In this document: positions 27,880 to 37,240 of the stretch, piece after piece
Layout of the letters: each line of letters begins with the position of its first letter
How positions within the stretch are numbered: the stretch's first letter is position 1
Origin: Candidatus Lutacidiplasmatales archaeon
GTDB lineage: Archaea; Thermoplasmatota; Thermoplasmata; Lutacidiplasmatales; UBA184
Length of the DNA: 64,000 bases
Reading direction: 5' to 3'
Assembly: GCA_044451945.1 (NCBI GenBank)
Contig: JBIOKR010000002.1
Coordinates: 4,411-68,410, forward strand
Program-made: the position numbers and the translations under genes
Notes under the pieces: model-generated
What the model was told of the DNA's origin: nothing
Seen by the model: the letters and a program-made list of their open reading frames with translations, nothing else
Databases searched by the model: none

Positions 27880-28440
27880 GCCCCCGTGTCAAGGACAAAC
27901 CGGAGGCGGTCCCTTCCTATGGAATCGTCGGTGGCTACTGTGGGACGGGGGCATGCTCCGAGATCGCCGCGCCGGCGCCCTGTCACGCAGGCGACCCTCC
28001 TTCCGATGGTCCGACGCCGGTGGAGAGCGGATTCGACCCCTCCTACCCCCGGAACTCTCCCACATCCCCGGCGGGCGTCCTCGCGTCGGCGCCCGTCGCG
28101 GCTTGGAGACCTACCCCGAACCCGACGGCCCCTGCGCGGCGCCCTCCCTCGACACCAACGAGCGCTCCCTCGATGGCGTGCGGCTCTCCGAGGACCCCGC
28201 CACCCCGGCGACCGTTCGGTATCTCGAGGTCTCCCAGATGCAGCACCGCCGTTTCCTCCGGCGGCGCAGGCCCGGAAGCCGGAGGCGGCAACCGTTCTCG
28301 GAGAGATTCACTCGCCGAGGAGAGGGGGACGGGGACGGCGGCTAGGCCGGCGCCTCCGGGTATGGCCGTCGCGGGAGCTGCATCGGCAGATCGAGTGCAA
28401 GGCCGGGGAGCGGGGCGTCCCCGTTCTCAAGGGGAACCCC
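27880..28440 (+). pseudogene. tnpB: Decayed IS200/IS605-family TnpB fragment
   Basis: RuvC-I-like LDTNERSLDGV (from about 28148) in one frame and RRLGRRLRVWPSRELHRQIECKAGERGVPVLKGNP in another. Frameshifted, internally deleted, no Zn finger or RuvC-III. Boundaries approximate. Confidence 0.7.
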
Positions 28441-28448
28441 GCGTGCGC

Positions 28449-28513
28449 GAGGTGAGAACGAGGGAAACGGGAGCCCCTCGTGGCGTTTCGCCGCCTCTCC
28501 TCCCGGCTTCAAG
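28449..28513 (+). promoter_or_regulatory. Palindromic operator, copy 2, upstream of polB2
   Basis: GAGGTGAGAACGAGGGAAAC-N16-GTTTCGCCGCCTCTC; same spacing as copy 1. Confidence 0.7.
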
Positions 28514-28555
28514 TGGGCGGCCCGGGAATGCCGGTCCCTTCGGGCCCAGCGCTCC

Positions 28556-30871
28556 ATGCCGACCGCCTGCCTACTGGACATCTCCGACCGGCGCGACGGG
28601 ACCGGCGTCGTCCTGTGGGTGAAGGACCGCCGGACCGGAACGGTCACGTCCGAGCCGGTCGACTACCGGCCCCCGATCCTCATCGACGGTCCCCGCGCGC
28701 TGCTCGAGCGGGTCCGCAAGGATCTCGCCGCCTCGGAACGGATCCTCGAGGTCGACTGGACGACCCTCTCCCCCTCGCTCTTCGACCGTCGGCCGCGCCG
28801 GCTCCTCTCGGTCGTCGCCCGGCGCAACTTCGACCGTCGGAGGATCGCGGCGGAGGTCGACCGGGTCGGCGACTACCATCGGCTGACGCTCTACGACGTC
28901 GACCTCTCGGCGCCGCAGCTCTTCCATCTCATGCACGGCGTCTACCCGTTCGCCCCGGTCGTCCGGGAGGGAGGGCGCTGGGTCGCCACGGAGCGGGCCG
29001 AGACGGTCGACTTCGAGTTCCCGACCCTCAAAAGCGCCATGCTCCAGGTGACGCTCCAAGGGTACCGGCGGGGTGGCATCGCTCCCGGCGACCCGCCGAT
29101 CGGCGAGGTCCGGCTCGGGGACGCCACGCTGGCCGGGCCCGAGCGCGATCTCTTCGTGGAGCTGATGCGCGAACTCTCCCGACAGGAGCCGGACGTGCTG
29201 CTCACCGACGGGGGCGACGGCTTCGACGTGCCGCGCCTCTACCATCGGGCGCAGCTGAACGGGCTTTCGGACGAGCAGTTCTACCTGGGGCGGGAGAGCG
29301 CTTCGTTCCGGCCGACACGGCCGGCCCGCTCGTTCGAGACGTACGGGCAGGTCCTGCATCGGGACGCCGCGTTCCCGCTCCCGGGGCGCTTTCACATCGA
29401 CCGGGAGGATTCGTTCCTCTACGGGGACGCCGCCGTCGAGGGGCTCGTCGACGCGGCGCGGCTCTCCAGGCTCTCGTTGCAGACGGTCGCCCGCCAGTCG
29501 CCCGGGACCTGCTTCACCGCGATGGAGATGGCGCACGCCCTGGAGGACGGCGTCCACATCCCGTGGAAGAAGAACGAGCCCGAGCGGTTCAAGTCGGCGC
29601 GACGGCTCGTGGAGGCGGACCGCGGCGGCGTGATCTTCCTGCCGCCGGTCGGCGTGCACGATCTGGTCGACGAGTTCGATTTTGCGAGCCTCTTCCCGCA
29701 CATCATGGTGCGAAAGAACCTCTCGACCGAGACGCTCGACTGCCGGTGCTGTCCGAAAAGCCCGCTCGTCGTCCCGGGGCTCGGCTATCGCTCCTGCACG
29801 AAGCGCATCGGCCTCATCCCGAGGACGCTCGAGCCGCTCATCACCCGGCGCCTCGCGCTCAAGGCCCGCATGAAGGACAAAGGGCTCAGCAGCGAGGAGC
29901 GGGAGCGGGCGCGGCGGCGCGTCAAGATGCTGAAATGGATCCTCGTGACCTCCTTCGGCTACCAGGGATACCGCAACGCGCGGTTCGGCCGGATCGAGTG
30001 CCACGAGTCGATCAATGCCTACGCGCGCGAGCTCATCGCCGACCTCCTCCCGTGCGCGGAAGAAAGCGGGTACCGGGTGCTCCACGGCCTCGTCGACTCG
30101 CTGTGGCTCACGCCGATCGACCGCACGAAGGTCCCCGACGCCGAGGATTTCGCGCGGCGCATGAGCCGGCGCTTCGACATGCCGCTCGGCTACGAGGGGC
30201 GCTACCGGTGGGTCGTCTTCCTGCCGGCGGTCACGCACGGCCTCGGGGTGCCGAACCGGTACTACGGCCTCTACGAGTCGGGGGAGTTCAAGCTGCGCGG
30301 CATCGGATTGCGGCGGCACGACACCCCGACGCTCGTGCGAAGGTTCGAGACGGAGATCCTGAACGCGCTCTCCCGGGCGAAGGACGCGCCCGGGGTCCTC
30401 GAAGCGCTCCCGAAGGTCCTCGCCCGCGCGGACCTCTTTGCACGGGAGGTGAACCATGGCGGGTGGCCGCGGGAGGAGCTTCTGATCTCGCATCGTATCG
30501 GGCAGGACCCGGACGCCTTCGTCACGTTCACCGACAGCGTCGCCGCCATCCGGCAGCTCCAGGCGCTCGGCGCCTCGCGCTCCGCCGGGGAGACGGTGCG
30601 CTACCTCGTCCGGGACCGGCGCTCCCGATCCCTGAGGGACCGCGTCAAGGTCGCCGAGGCGCTCGAGGGAGATGAGTCGTACGACCCCGGTGCCTACCTG
30701 ACGCTGCTCGCCCGCTCGGGCGCCACGCTCCTCGCGCCGCTCGGCGTGAGCGAGGCCGGCCTCTTGGAGCGATGGCAGGTCGCGCCGCCCCCCGAGCGGG
30801 GCAGGTATCATTCTCCCGAACGGATGGGGCAGCGACGTTTGGAGCCCGAAGGAGCCTCGGCGGGGGCGTGA
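28556..30871 (+). CDS. polB2: Family B DNA polymerase, PolB2 subfamily
   Basis: Motif A DFASLFP, motif B KWILVTSFGYQGY, motif C HGLVDS (canonical YGDTDS altered, as typical for PolB2), K.RGI..RRHD; degenerate exonuclease domain. Confidence 0.9.
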   Translation: MPTACLLDISDRRDGTGVVLWVKDRRTGTVTSEPVDYRPPILIDGPRALLERVRKDLAASERILEVDWTTLSPSLFDRRPRRLLSVVARRNFDRRRIAAEVDRVGDYHRLTLYDVDLSAPQLFHLMHGVYPFAPVVREGGRWVATERAETVDFEFPTLKSAMLQVTLQGYRRGGIAPGDPPIGEVRLGDATLAGPERDLFVELMRELSRQEPDVLLTDGGDGFDVPRLYHRAQLNGLSDEQFYLGRESASFRPTRPARSFETYGQVLHRDAAFPLPGRFHIDREDSFLYGDAAVEGLVDAARLSRLSLQTVARQSPGTCFTAMEMAHALEDGVHIPWKKNEPERFKSARRLVEADRGGVIFLPPVGVHDLVDEFDFASLFPHIMVRKNLSTETLDCRCCPKSPLVVPGLGYRSCTKRIGLIPRTLEPLITRRLALKARMKDKGLSSEERERARRRVKMLKWILVTSFGYQGYRNARFGRIECHESINAYARELIADLLPCAEESGYRVLHGLVDSLWLTPIDRTKVPDAEDFARRMSRRFDMPLGYEGRYRWVVFLPAVTHGLGVPNRYYGLYESGEFKLRGIGLRRHDTPTLVRRFETEILNALSRAKDAPGVLEALPKVLARADLFAREVNHGGWPREELLISHRIGQDPDAFVTFTDSVAAIRQLQALGASRSAGETVRYLVRDRRSRSLRDRVKVAEALEGDESYDPGAYLTLLARSGATLLAPLGVSEAGLLERWQVAPPPERGRYHSPERMGQRRLEPEGASAGA

Positions 30872-30948
30872 CCGACGGGTCGCGCCGGGTCCGGGGCCGC
30901 CGTGCGTTTCGCGTCACCCTCATATCTCTCCGTTCGCCGTAGTGGTTC

Positions 30949-32430
30949 GTGGTTTCACGAGCCAAGGCCAAGCGGGTCGAGTCGCCGCGCCGCCGGGAGA
31001 CGCCCGCGGGGATCCGCGAGCAGCTTCTGGCGATCCGTGCCGTCATGGAGGAAGGTGGCACCGAGGGGACGGACCTCCTGGTGCGCGCGCTCTCCGACGC
31101 GCAGCCGGCGATCCGCCAGGCGGCCGTCATCGCCTTGGGCCACCTCCGGGTGCATGAGCACCGCACCGCCATCGAGGCGTGCCTCGATGACCCGGACCCG
31201 AACGTGAGGGCGAGCGCCGCCGAAGGCCTCGGAGCCCTCGGTCGCACGGAGAGCCGGGAGCGCCTCGAGATCGCCCTTCGGGACCCGGTCGACCGCGTCC
31301 GTGAGCAGGCGGCGTGGGCGCTCTGGTCGATCGGCGACGAGAAGGCCGTGGAGAAGCTGCTTCCGCTGCTCGACGACCCGGCGCCGGGAGTCCGATGGAG
31401 CGGCGCCACGGCGCTCGGTCGCCTTCGCACTCCCGAGGGGTTCGAGCGCCTCATCACGGCCCTCACCGACGAGAACGACCGGGTGCGCCGCGAAGCGATT
31501 CTTGGTCTCGGCCACGCCGGGGATCCCAGGGTCCCCGACCTGGTCCGTCCGTTCCTCTCCGACCCGGCGCGCAGGGTGCGCATCGCCGCCTGCGTGGTCT
31601 TGGGCCAGCATCGAGACCGGGCCTCGACCTCCCAACTCATCGACCGAGTACTCCACGACGACACGTGGGTCCTTCCGGCGGCCCTGGTGGCACTCGGCCG
31701 GATCGGCGACCCTGAGGCGATCCCGACCATCATCACGGCCGCCGACGACCGGGGCTCGTGGGTGCGCGTCTGCGCCCTTCACGCGCTCGGCGAGATGCGG
31801 GCCGCCGAAGGTCGGGAAGTCGCGCGCCGGCGCTTGCTCGATTCCCACTGGTCGGTCCGCGGAGCGGCCGCGGAGGCGCTCGGCCATCTCGGCACGACCG
31901 ACGACCTTTCGCTCCTTCGAGCGATGATCGAGGACCCGCACCCGTGGCCCCGCCGCGGGGCCATTTACGCCATCGCCTACTTAGGACTCAACGAGGCGGC
32001 GCCCCGGATCCGGGAGGAGCTGGGTCACCCTATCGCGGAGGTACGGCTCGCCGCCGCTTGGGCGCTCGGACGCCTGGGAGACGATGGGGCGAAGGAGACG
32101 CTCGCCGTCCTACTGCGGCAGGCGAAGCCGACTGTCGGTGAGCCCCTCTTGCTCGCTCAGGGCGATGGCGCGGTCAAGCTTCAGAGCGACGCGCTCGGGC
32201 GGATGTTCGACACGCTCGTCCAGGCGCTCGGTCGGCTCGCCGAGCGCAGCCCCGACCCGTTCGTCCTTCGCGCCCTCGAGGAGGCGCGCGTGAGGGTTCC
32301 GGAGGAGGAGCTCGATCGCCCCGCGCGCCTCCCGGCCCCCGAGGTCCGAGGCGGGCAGGACGTCCCGACGCTCCGCTCGATCTTCGACGCGGCCCTCGTG
32401 GCGGTCGAAGAAGACGAACTCGGATGCTGA
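30949..32430 (+). CDS. HEAT/PBS-lyase repeat protein
   Basis: Roughly a dozen repeats of L.D....VR..AA.ALG.LG. Confidence 0.9.
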   Translation: MVSRAKAKRVESPRRRETPAGIREQLLAIRAVMEEGGTEGTDLLVRALSDAQPAIRQAAVIALGHLRVHEHRTAIEACLDDPDPNVRASAAEGLGALGRTESRERLEIALRDPVDRVREQAAWALWSIGDEKAVEKLLPLLDDPAPGVRWSGATALGRLRTPEGFERLITALTDENDRVRREAILGLGHAGDPRVPDLVRPFLSDPARRVRIAACVVLGQHRDRASTSQLIDRVLHDDTWVLPAALVALGRIGDPEAIPTIITAADDRGSWVRVCALHALGEMRAAEGREVARRRLLDSHWSVRGAAAEALGHLGTTDDLSLLRAMIEDPHPWPRRGAIYAIAYLGLNEAAPRIREELGHPIAEVRLAAAWALGRLGDDGAKETLAVLLRQAKPTVGEPLLLAQGDGAVKLQSDALGRMFDTLVQALGRLAERSPDPFVLRALEEARVRVPEEELDRPARLPAPEVRGGQDVPTLRSIFDAALVAVEEDELGC

Positions 32431-33368
32431 GGGAGTTTCGCCCCTCGGACGCCGAGGCGTTCTTCCAACTGATGCGCTCCCAGTTCCCCGAGGAGGAGGC
32501 GCTCCTCGGCTCCCGTCCCGAGGGCTTGCGGGACGTCGTCCGCCGGGTCTATCGATGGGACTACCGCCTCGTCCTCGGCCTACTTCGGATCCTGGGCCGC
32601 CCCGTCTTTCGATTCTTCGTCGTGGAGGATTCGGGGAAGCTTGCCGGGGTCGCCCTGCTGACCTACACCCAGGAGGCCGGTTACATCAGCGAGGTCGTCG
32701 TGGATCCGGCGTATCGCCGTCGAGGGCACGCGCGACGCGTGGTGGAGGCATGCCTATCCGGGGCGAAGGCCAGCGGGCGGCGGTACGGAGTCCTCGACGT
32801 CCTTGTGGGGAACGCACCGGCACGGGCTCTCTACGACAAGCTCGGTTTCCAGCCGTTGCGCTCTAAGTCGTACATGGTCAAGGATCTCCCCGCGGGGCGC
32901 CGAGGGGCCGGGGCCGGCCTACCGAGGAACGGCCGAGCGTTCCGACGGGCCGACGCGGCCGCGCTCCAAAAGGTCCTCGAGCGGGACCTTCCGGACCGCG
33001 TCCTCAAGGTGCTGCCGGTCGAGCGGGGCGCATTCTCGGTCCCCCAGGTCGTCGCCTACGGACTCGGGGCGACGACCGACGCATGGGTCATCGATGTCGG
33101 ACGTGGAGCGGAGGCGTTCGTGCGGGCCTCCGTCAGCACGGCGATGGCCGCGGGCAACCTGACGTGCCCGGTCATCGGCCCCGGGGTCTCTGACGAGGGG
33201 GCGCGCCAGATGGTGGAGTATGGCCTCGGATGGATCGCGGAGCGCGGGGCCCCGCGGGTCCTCAGCGAAGTCCCCGATTACGCTCCACGAGCGAAAGCCG
33301 CCCTCGAAGCGGCCGGATTCGTCGCCTCGTACCCCCTCCTCACGCTCTACCGGGACCTTGGTGCCTGA
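32424..33368 (+). CDS. Tandem GNAT-family N-acetyltransferase
   Basis: VVVDPAYRRRGHA, N.PA.ALY.KLGF; second degenerate GNAT half (ALEAAGF). Confidence 0.85.
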   Translation: MLREFRPSDAEAFFQLMRSQFPEEEALLGSRPEGLRDVVRRVYRWDYRLVLGLLRILGRPVFRFFVVEDSGKLAGVALLTYTQEAGYISEVVVDPAYRRRGHARRVVEACLSGAKASGRRYGVLDVLVGNAPARALYDKLGFQPLRSKSYMVKDLPAGRRGAGAGLPRNGRAFRRADAAALQKVLERDLPDRVLKVLPVERGAFSVPQVVAYGLGATTDAWVIDVGRGAEAFVRASVSTAMAAGNLTCPVIGPGVSDEGARQMVEYGLGWIAERGAPRVLSEVPDYAPRAKAALEAAGFVASYPLLTLYRDLGA

Positions 33369-34692
33369 GCCGACGCCCCGGGGACTCGGGGTCGACGTCT
33401 ACCTGTTCCCCGCGGTCGTGGGGGGAGGCCTCGGGGACATCGAGGAGGTCCTTGCGGCCGGACGGAGCTTGGAACGCGCCGGGTTTCCCGTCACCCTCTA
33501 CCGGTCACCCGGCCGCACCCTTCCCCCTTCGGTCGATGGGCCTTGGGATTGGCCCGTGGGGATCCGACGGACACGTCGGATACGTCCGCGGAACCGAAGG
33601 GCGCTGACGGTCAGCGCCTGGTGGGGGGTTTGCGCGGCCCCCGGACGCGACGAGCCCCTCGGGCGCGCCGGGGCCTGGAGCCTGGAGGCTCGTGCCGTCG
33701 AGGCGACGTACGGGCCGGACGCGGTGATCCACGTGAGCTTCGAGGAGTTCGCCCGGACCCTGATGAGCCGAGAGCAGACCATCGAGCGGTATCGGGAAGG
33801 AGGAGTGCCGATCCGAGAGATCGCACGACGGATGCGCCGCCCTGCCTCACGAAGGGAGGTCGTCCGATTCCACGAAGCCTACCGACGCTTTCGGGGATTC
33901 GACCGGCCGGACGTCCTCCACCTCTTCGCCTCGTTCGCCCCGTCGCCCGGATTCCGCCGCGAATTCCCGGAGGCGGTCCAGACCGGTCCGTTGTGGCCGG
34001 GTCGCAAGCGAACCGTTCGAGCCCATGGGACGAAAGTGGTTCGGCCGAGGGATTGGGTATGGTACGCGTCCCCGTCGAGTTCTGCGCTCCTGATCCCGCA
34101 GGTCCTGACGGGCCTATCGGCGTCACGCCGTACGACTCGCCTCTTCGTCGGACCCCGGATGCCTGCAACTCCCATACCAGAAGGTGGCCGAGTGCGCGTC
34201 GAGCCACTCCCCGTCGAGGCCGCCGCCGATTGGCAGCGACGGTTCGACTCGGCCGACCTGAGGATCGTGACCGGGAGTCGGACCCTGCTCGAAGCGCTAG
34301 AGCACCGGCTGCCGTTCCTCTACTTCAACGGGGTCATCGGGAGGGGGCAGAAGTTGCGTCGACATCGCCCGGAGAAGATCCAGGCATTGCTCGTCGCTTG
34401 GAAGCGGCAGGGTGTCGATCCCCGGTGGCGACGTGACCTTGCCAACTTTGCCTCCGGCCGGCAGGTTAGTGAGATCGTCCGTCGTGCGGCGGAGGACCCG
34501 GCGTGGTGCTCCCGATTCCCTCGGGGCGTGGAGATTACGGGGTATCGAGCTCCCTTCCACGACGCCGGAGAGCTTCTCCCGCAGATCGCCACCCGCTTCG
34601 CGCGTGCTGCCGGTGCGGCACAATTGGTCGCCGATATCCGCTTTGAAGGGCACCGATTCGCGCCGGCCCTTCGCGGGGAGATTTCCCGATAA
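33361..34692 (+). CDS. Hypothetical protein, probable GT-B fold (glycosyltransferase-like)
   Basis: N-terminal VVGGGLGD loop, TGPL linker, ADLRIVTGSRTLLEAL...PFL nucleotide-sugar-binding-like segment; GTG start overlaps the GNAT stop. Confidence 0.55.
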   Translation: MPEPTPRGLGVDVYLFPAVVGGGLGDIEEVLAAGRSLERAGFPVTLYRSPGRTLPPSVDGPWDWPVGIRRTRRIRPRNRRALTVSAWWGVCAAPGRDEPLGRAGAWSLEARAVEATYGPDAVIHVSFEEFARTLMSREQTIERYREGGVPIREIARRMRRPASRREVVRFHEAYRRFRGFDRPDVLHLFASFAPSPGFRREFPEAVQTGPLWPGRKRTVRAHGTKVVRPRDWVWYASPSSSALLIPQVLTGLSASRRTTRLFVGPRMPATPIPEGGRVRVEPLPVEAAADWQRRFDSADLRIVTGSRTLLEALEHRLPFLYFNGVIGRGQKLRRHRPEKIQALLVAWKRQGVDPRWRRDLANFASGRQVSEIVRRAAEDPAWCSRFPRGVEITGYRAPFHDAGELLPQIATRFARAAGAAQLVADIRFEGHRFAPALRGEISR

Positions 34693-34777
34693 ACCGACCC
34701 CGGTCGAGCGCTGCTCTAAGCCCCCCGCCCCATGCCCTATTTCCGCTGGATGAACAATCCCCCCAAGAGGCATTCAA

Positions 34778-35245
34778 TTGACCGCCTTGGGCAAAGTTGT
34801 GGTCTTCGGGCCGGGCGAAGGCAACGAGTTTCGGATCGAGGCGGACCGTTTCACCACCAAGGGCGATGCGTCCCAGCGCTCCGCACTGTTCTCGGTCGTG
34901 GAGTACGAAGGCGCGCCCGGGGTGCCAGGCCCACCCCCCCATGTGCACTGGGCTTTCGAGGAGGCATGGTTCATTCTCGAGGGGGAGGTGACCTTCACCT
35001 CGCAGGGCAAGCAGATCGCTGCGAGGAAGGGGACCTACCTGTTCGTCCCACGGGGCGTTCCGCACACCTTCGAGGTGGCGGGCAAGAAGCCGGCGCACTG
35101 GGTCGGCATCTTCTCCCCCGGGCGGTACGTGGGCTTGGTGGAGGAACTGGGAGCATTTCTCCCGGGGGGAAGACCACCGGAGCTCGAGGGGATCGTTCGG
35201 CTCTTCGCAAAGTACGATTCGGAGATGGTCAGCGGCAAGAGGTGA
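34778..35245 (+). CDS. Cupin-domain protein
   Basis: PPPHVH..FEE.WFILEGE, G..LFVPRGVPHTF. Confidence 0.9.
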   Translation: MTALGKVVVFGPGEGNEFRIEADRFTTKGDASQRSALFSVVEYEGAPGVPGPPPHVHWAFEEAWFILEGEVTFTSQGKQIAARKGTYLFVPRGVPHTFEVAGKKPAHWVGIFSPGRYVGLVEELGAFLPGGRPPELEGIVRLFAKYDSEMVSGKR

Positions 35246-35721
35246 GTTCGCAGGGCGTGCGGCCCCGCGGCCACGCCCGAACGGGGGTCGCGATCTTCGT
35301 GGTGAGACGGAATCCCCGATACCGCCGCCAAGGCGAGGAACCCGCCATCACCTCTCCGGGAAATCTCCCCGAGGTCTACGACATCCTCACCCAGCAGGGA
35401 GACGAGTCGTCCACGGGCAAGTGCCCGGAAGCTCGGTCCCGGGTCGGTCGAGGCTCGACTCGACATGATCCCCAGTGTCACCCGTTTTCGGTCCCTCCCG
35501 CTCGGAGCGAGGGCCGCCGTTTCTCCCGCGTGGATGCGCTCCGATAGGTCCACGCCCGGGAGAACGGATTCCCCCTCACGGACGCCCACGTTCGAGAAGG
35601 TTCCGGACGTGGTGCGTTTCATCCGAAAAGTCGGACGAATCCTGGATCGACCCCGCCGGCGATCGGTCGCGATTATCGACCTCGTTCCCCCTCGGTAACG
35701 TGGGCGGGCGGGGACAATAAG

Positions 35722-35756
35722 TTTGGCTACCCTAATAATTAGGGTGTGGTTTATAT
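35722..35756. promoter_or_regulatory. DtxR/MntR-type operator and TATA box
   Basis: TTTGGCTACCCTAA resembles the TTAGG-N4-CCTAA box. It overlaps the perfect inverted repeat ACCCTAAT-A-ATTAGGGT and is followed by TTTATAT about 24 nt before the ATG. Confidence 0.7.
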
Positions 35757-35779
35757 GTACGCGTTCCCTCGAAGAATCC

Positions 35780-36202
35780 ATGGAGACGCTTCAGAAGCTC
35801 AGCCGTCGCCAGATCGAGGCGCTCCAGCTCATCGGCCGTGCCGCCACGCCGGAGCGGGGCGTCGCCCTCAATGTGATCGCCGCCGGTCTCGAGGTCCGAT
35901 CACCCTCGGCCTTGGGCCATGTGACGATGCTCGAGAACTTCGGCCTCGTCGTGCGGCACCGGGGCAAGACTCGTCTGACCCAGAAGGGGCAATCGACCCT
36001 GTTGGAGTATCTGCGGCATCACCGGGTCGCGGAGAATCTGTTCAGCAAACTCGGGCTGTCCCCAGACGACGTCTGCGCCGCGGCCCATGAGGTGGACCTT
36101 GCGATCTCCCACAAGACCATCGAGCGTCTATGCGAGGCCGAGAGGCATCCCAGCGTCTGTCCCCACGGGGCGCCCATTCCGCCCTGTTCGAAGGAGATCT
36201 AG
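35780..36202 (+). CDS. DtxR/MntR-family metal-dependent regulator
   Basis: HTH, LT.KG, RHHRVAE, A...D..IS, CPHG.PIP. Confidence 0.9.
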   Translation: METLQKLSRRQIEALQLIGRAATPERGVALNVIAAGLEVRSPSALGHVTMLENFGLVVRHRGKTRLTQKGQSTLLEYLRHHRVAENLFSKLGLSPDDVCAAAHEVDLAISHKTIERLCEAERHPSVCPHGAPIPPCSKEI

Positions 36203-36214
36203 CGGACCCGCGCC

Positions 36215-37240
36215 ATGGCTCGGTCGGAGACGCCGGTACCGCCGCCTCGGCACGACCCGCCGATCGCCCGGTCCTCCTCCCCGCCGTGGATCCCGCCGGC
36301 CAAGCCTCTGCCCGTGGGGCGTATCGCGGCGGTGACGGCCGCGATTGTCGTTGTGATGGGCACGCTGGTGGCGGTGCATGCCATCCATCCGGCGAACTTT
36401 CCGGCCAACACCGGGAGCGTCGTGCCAATCGTCGCCGCCGAGAACTTCTGGGGAAGCTTGGTCGCTCAACTGGGCGGCTCGCACGTGAGCGTGCTCAGCA
36501 TCGTGTCGGACCCCAACGCCGACCCGCACGAATACGAGAGCAACACTTCGGACGCCATCGCCGTCTCTGACGCTCGGCTGGTCATCGAGAACGGTGCCGG
36601 CTACGACAACTGGTGCTCCCAGCTGGTCTCCGCCAGCTCCTCCCCGGGTCAGCGGGTGCTCAACGTCGCCGATCTCCTCGGAAAGCCGGCGGGGTCGAAC
36701 CCCCACTTCTGGTACGGCCAATCGTACGTCAACACGACGATCGCCGCAATGTACTCCGACCTGATCGCGATCGACCCCATCGACCAGGCGTACTACCAGC
36801 AACAGTACGCCGCGCTCAACACGTCGCTCGCCCCCGTCTGGTCCGATGAGGCGTACCTCCACGCCCACTGGGGTGGCGGGAAGGCCCAGATCGCCTCGAC
36901 GGAGAGCATCTTTGAGTACATGGCGAACTCGAGCGGGCTCGACCTCGTCTCCCCGGTGGCGTTCATGTCGGCGGTCAGCGAGGGGAACGACCCACCGACC
37001 CAGAGCGTCACCGAGTTCCAGGACCAGCTCGAGAGCGGGAACGTGAGCGTGCTCGTCTACAACAAACAAACGGTAACTCACCTGACCGACCAGATGCAGG
37101 CGATCGCCGCCCAATACAACGTACCGAGCGTCGGCGTGACCGAGACGATAGAGCCCTCGGGCGAGACGTTCGAGTTCTGGATGGCCTCCGAACTGTCCGC
37201 CCTAACGAGCGCGTTGGACCAGAAGGTGCCCGTCTCGTGA
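36215..37240 (+). CDS. Zn/Mn ABC transporter substrate-binding protein
   Basis: AENFWG, DPHEYE, NGAGYD, NPHFWY, TE motifs. Confidence 0.92.
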   Translation: MARSETPVPPPRHDPPIARSSSPPWIPPAKPLPVGRIAAVTAAIVVVMGTLVAVHAIHPANFPANTGSVVPIVAAENFWGSLVAQLGGSHVSVLSIVSDPNADPHEYESNTSDAIAVSDARLVIENGAGYDNWCSQLVSASSSPGQRVLNVADLLGKPAGSNPHFWYGQSYVNTTIAAMYSDLIAIDPIDQAYYQQQYAALNTSLAPVWSDEAYLHAHWGGGKAQIASTESIFEYMANSSGLDLVSPVAFMSAVSEGNDPPTQSVTEFQDQLESGNVSVLVYNKQTVTHLTDQMQAIAAQYNVPSVGVTETIEPSGETFEFWMASELSALTSALDQKVPVS

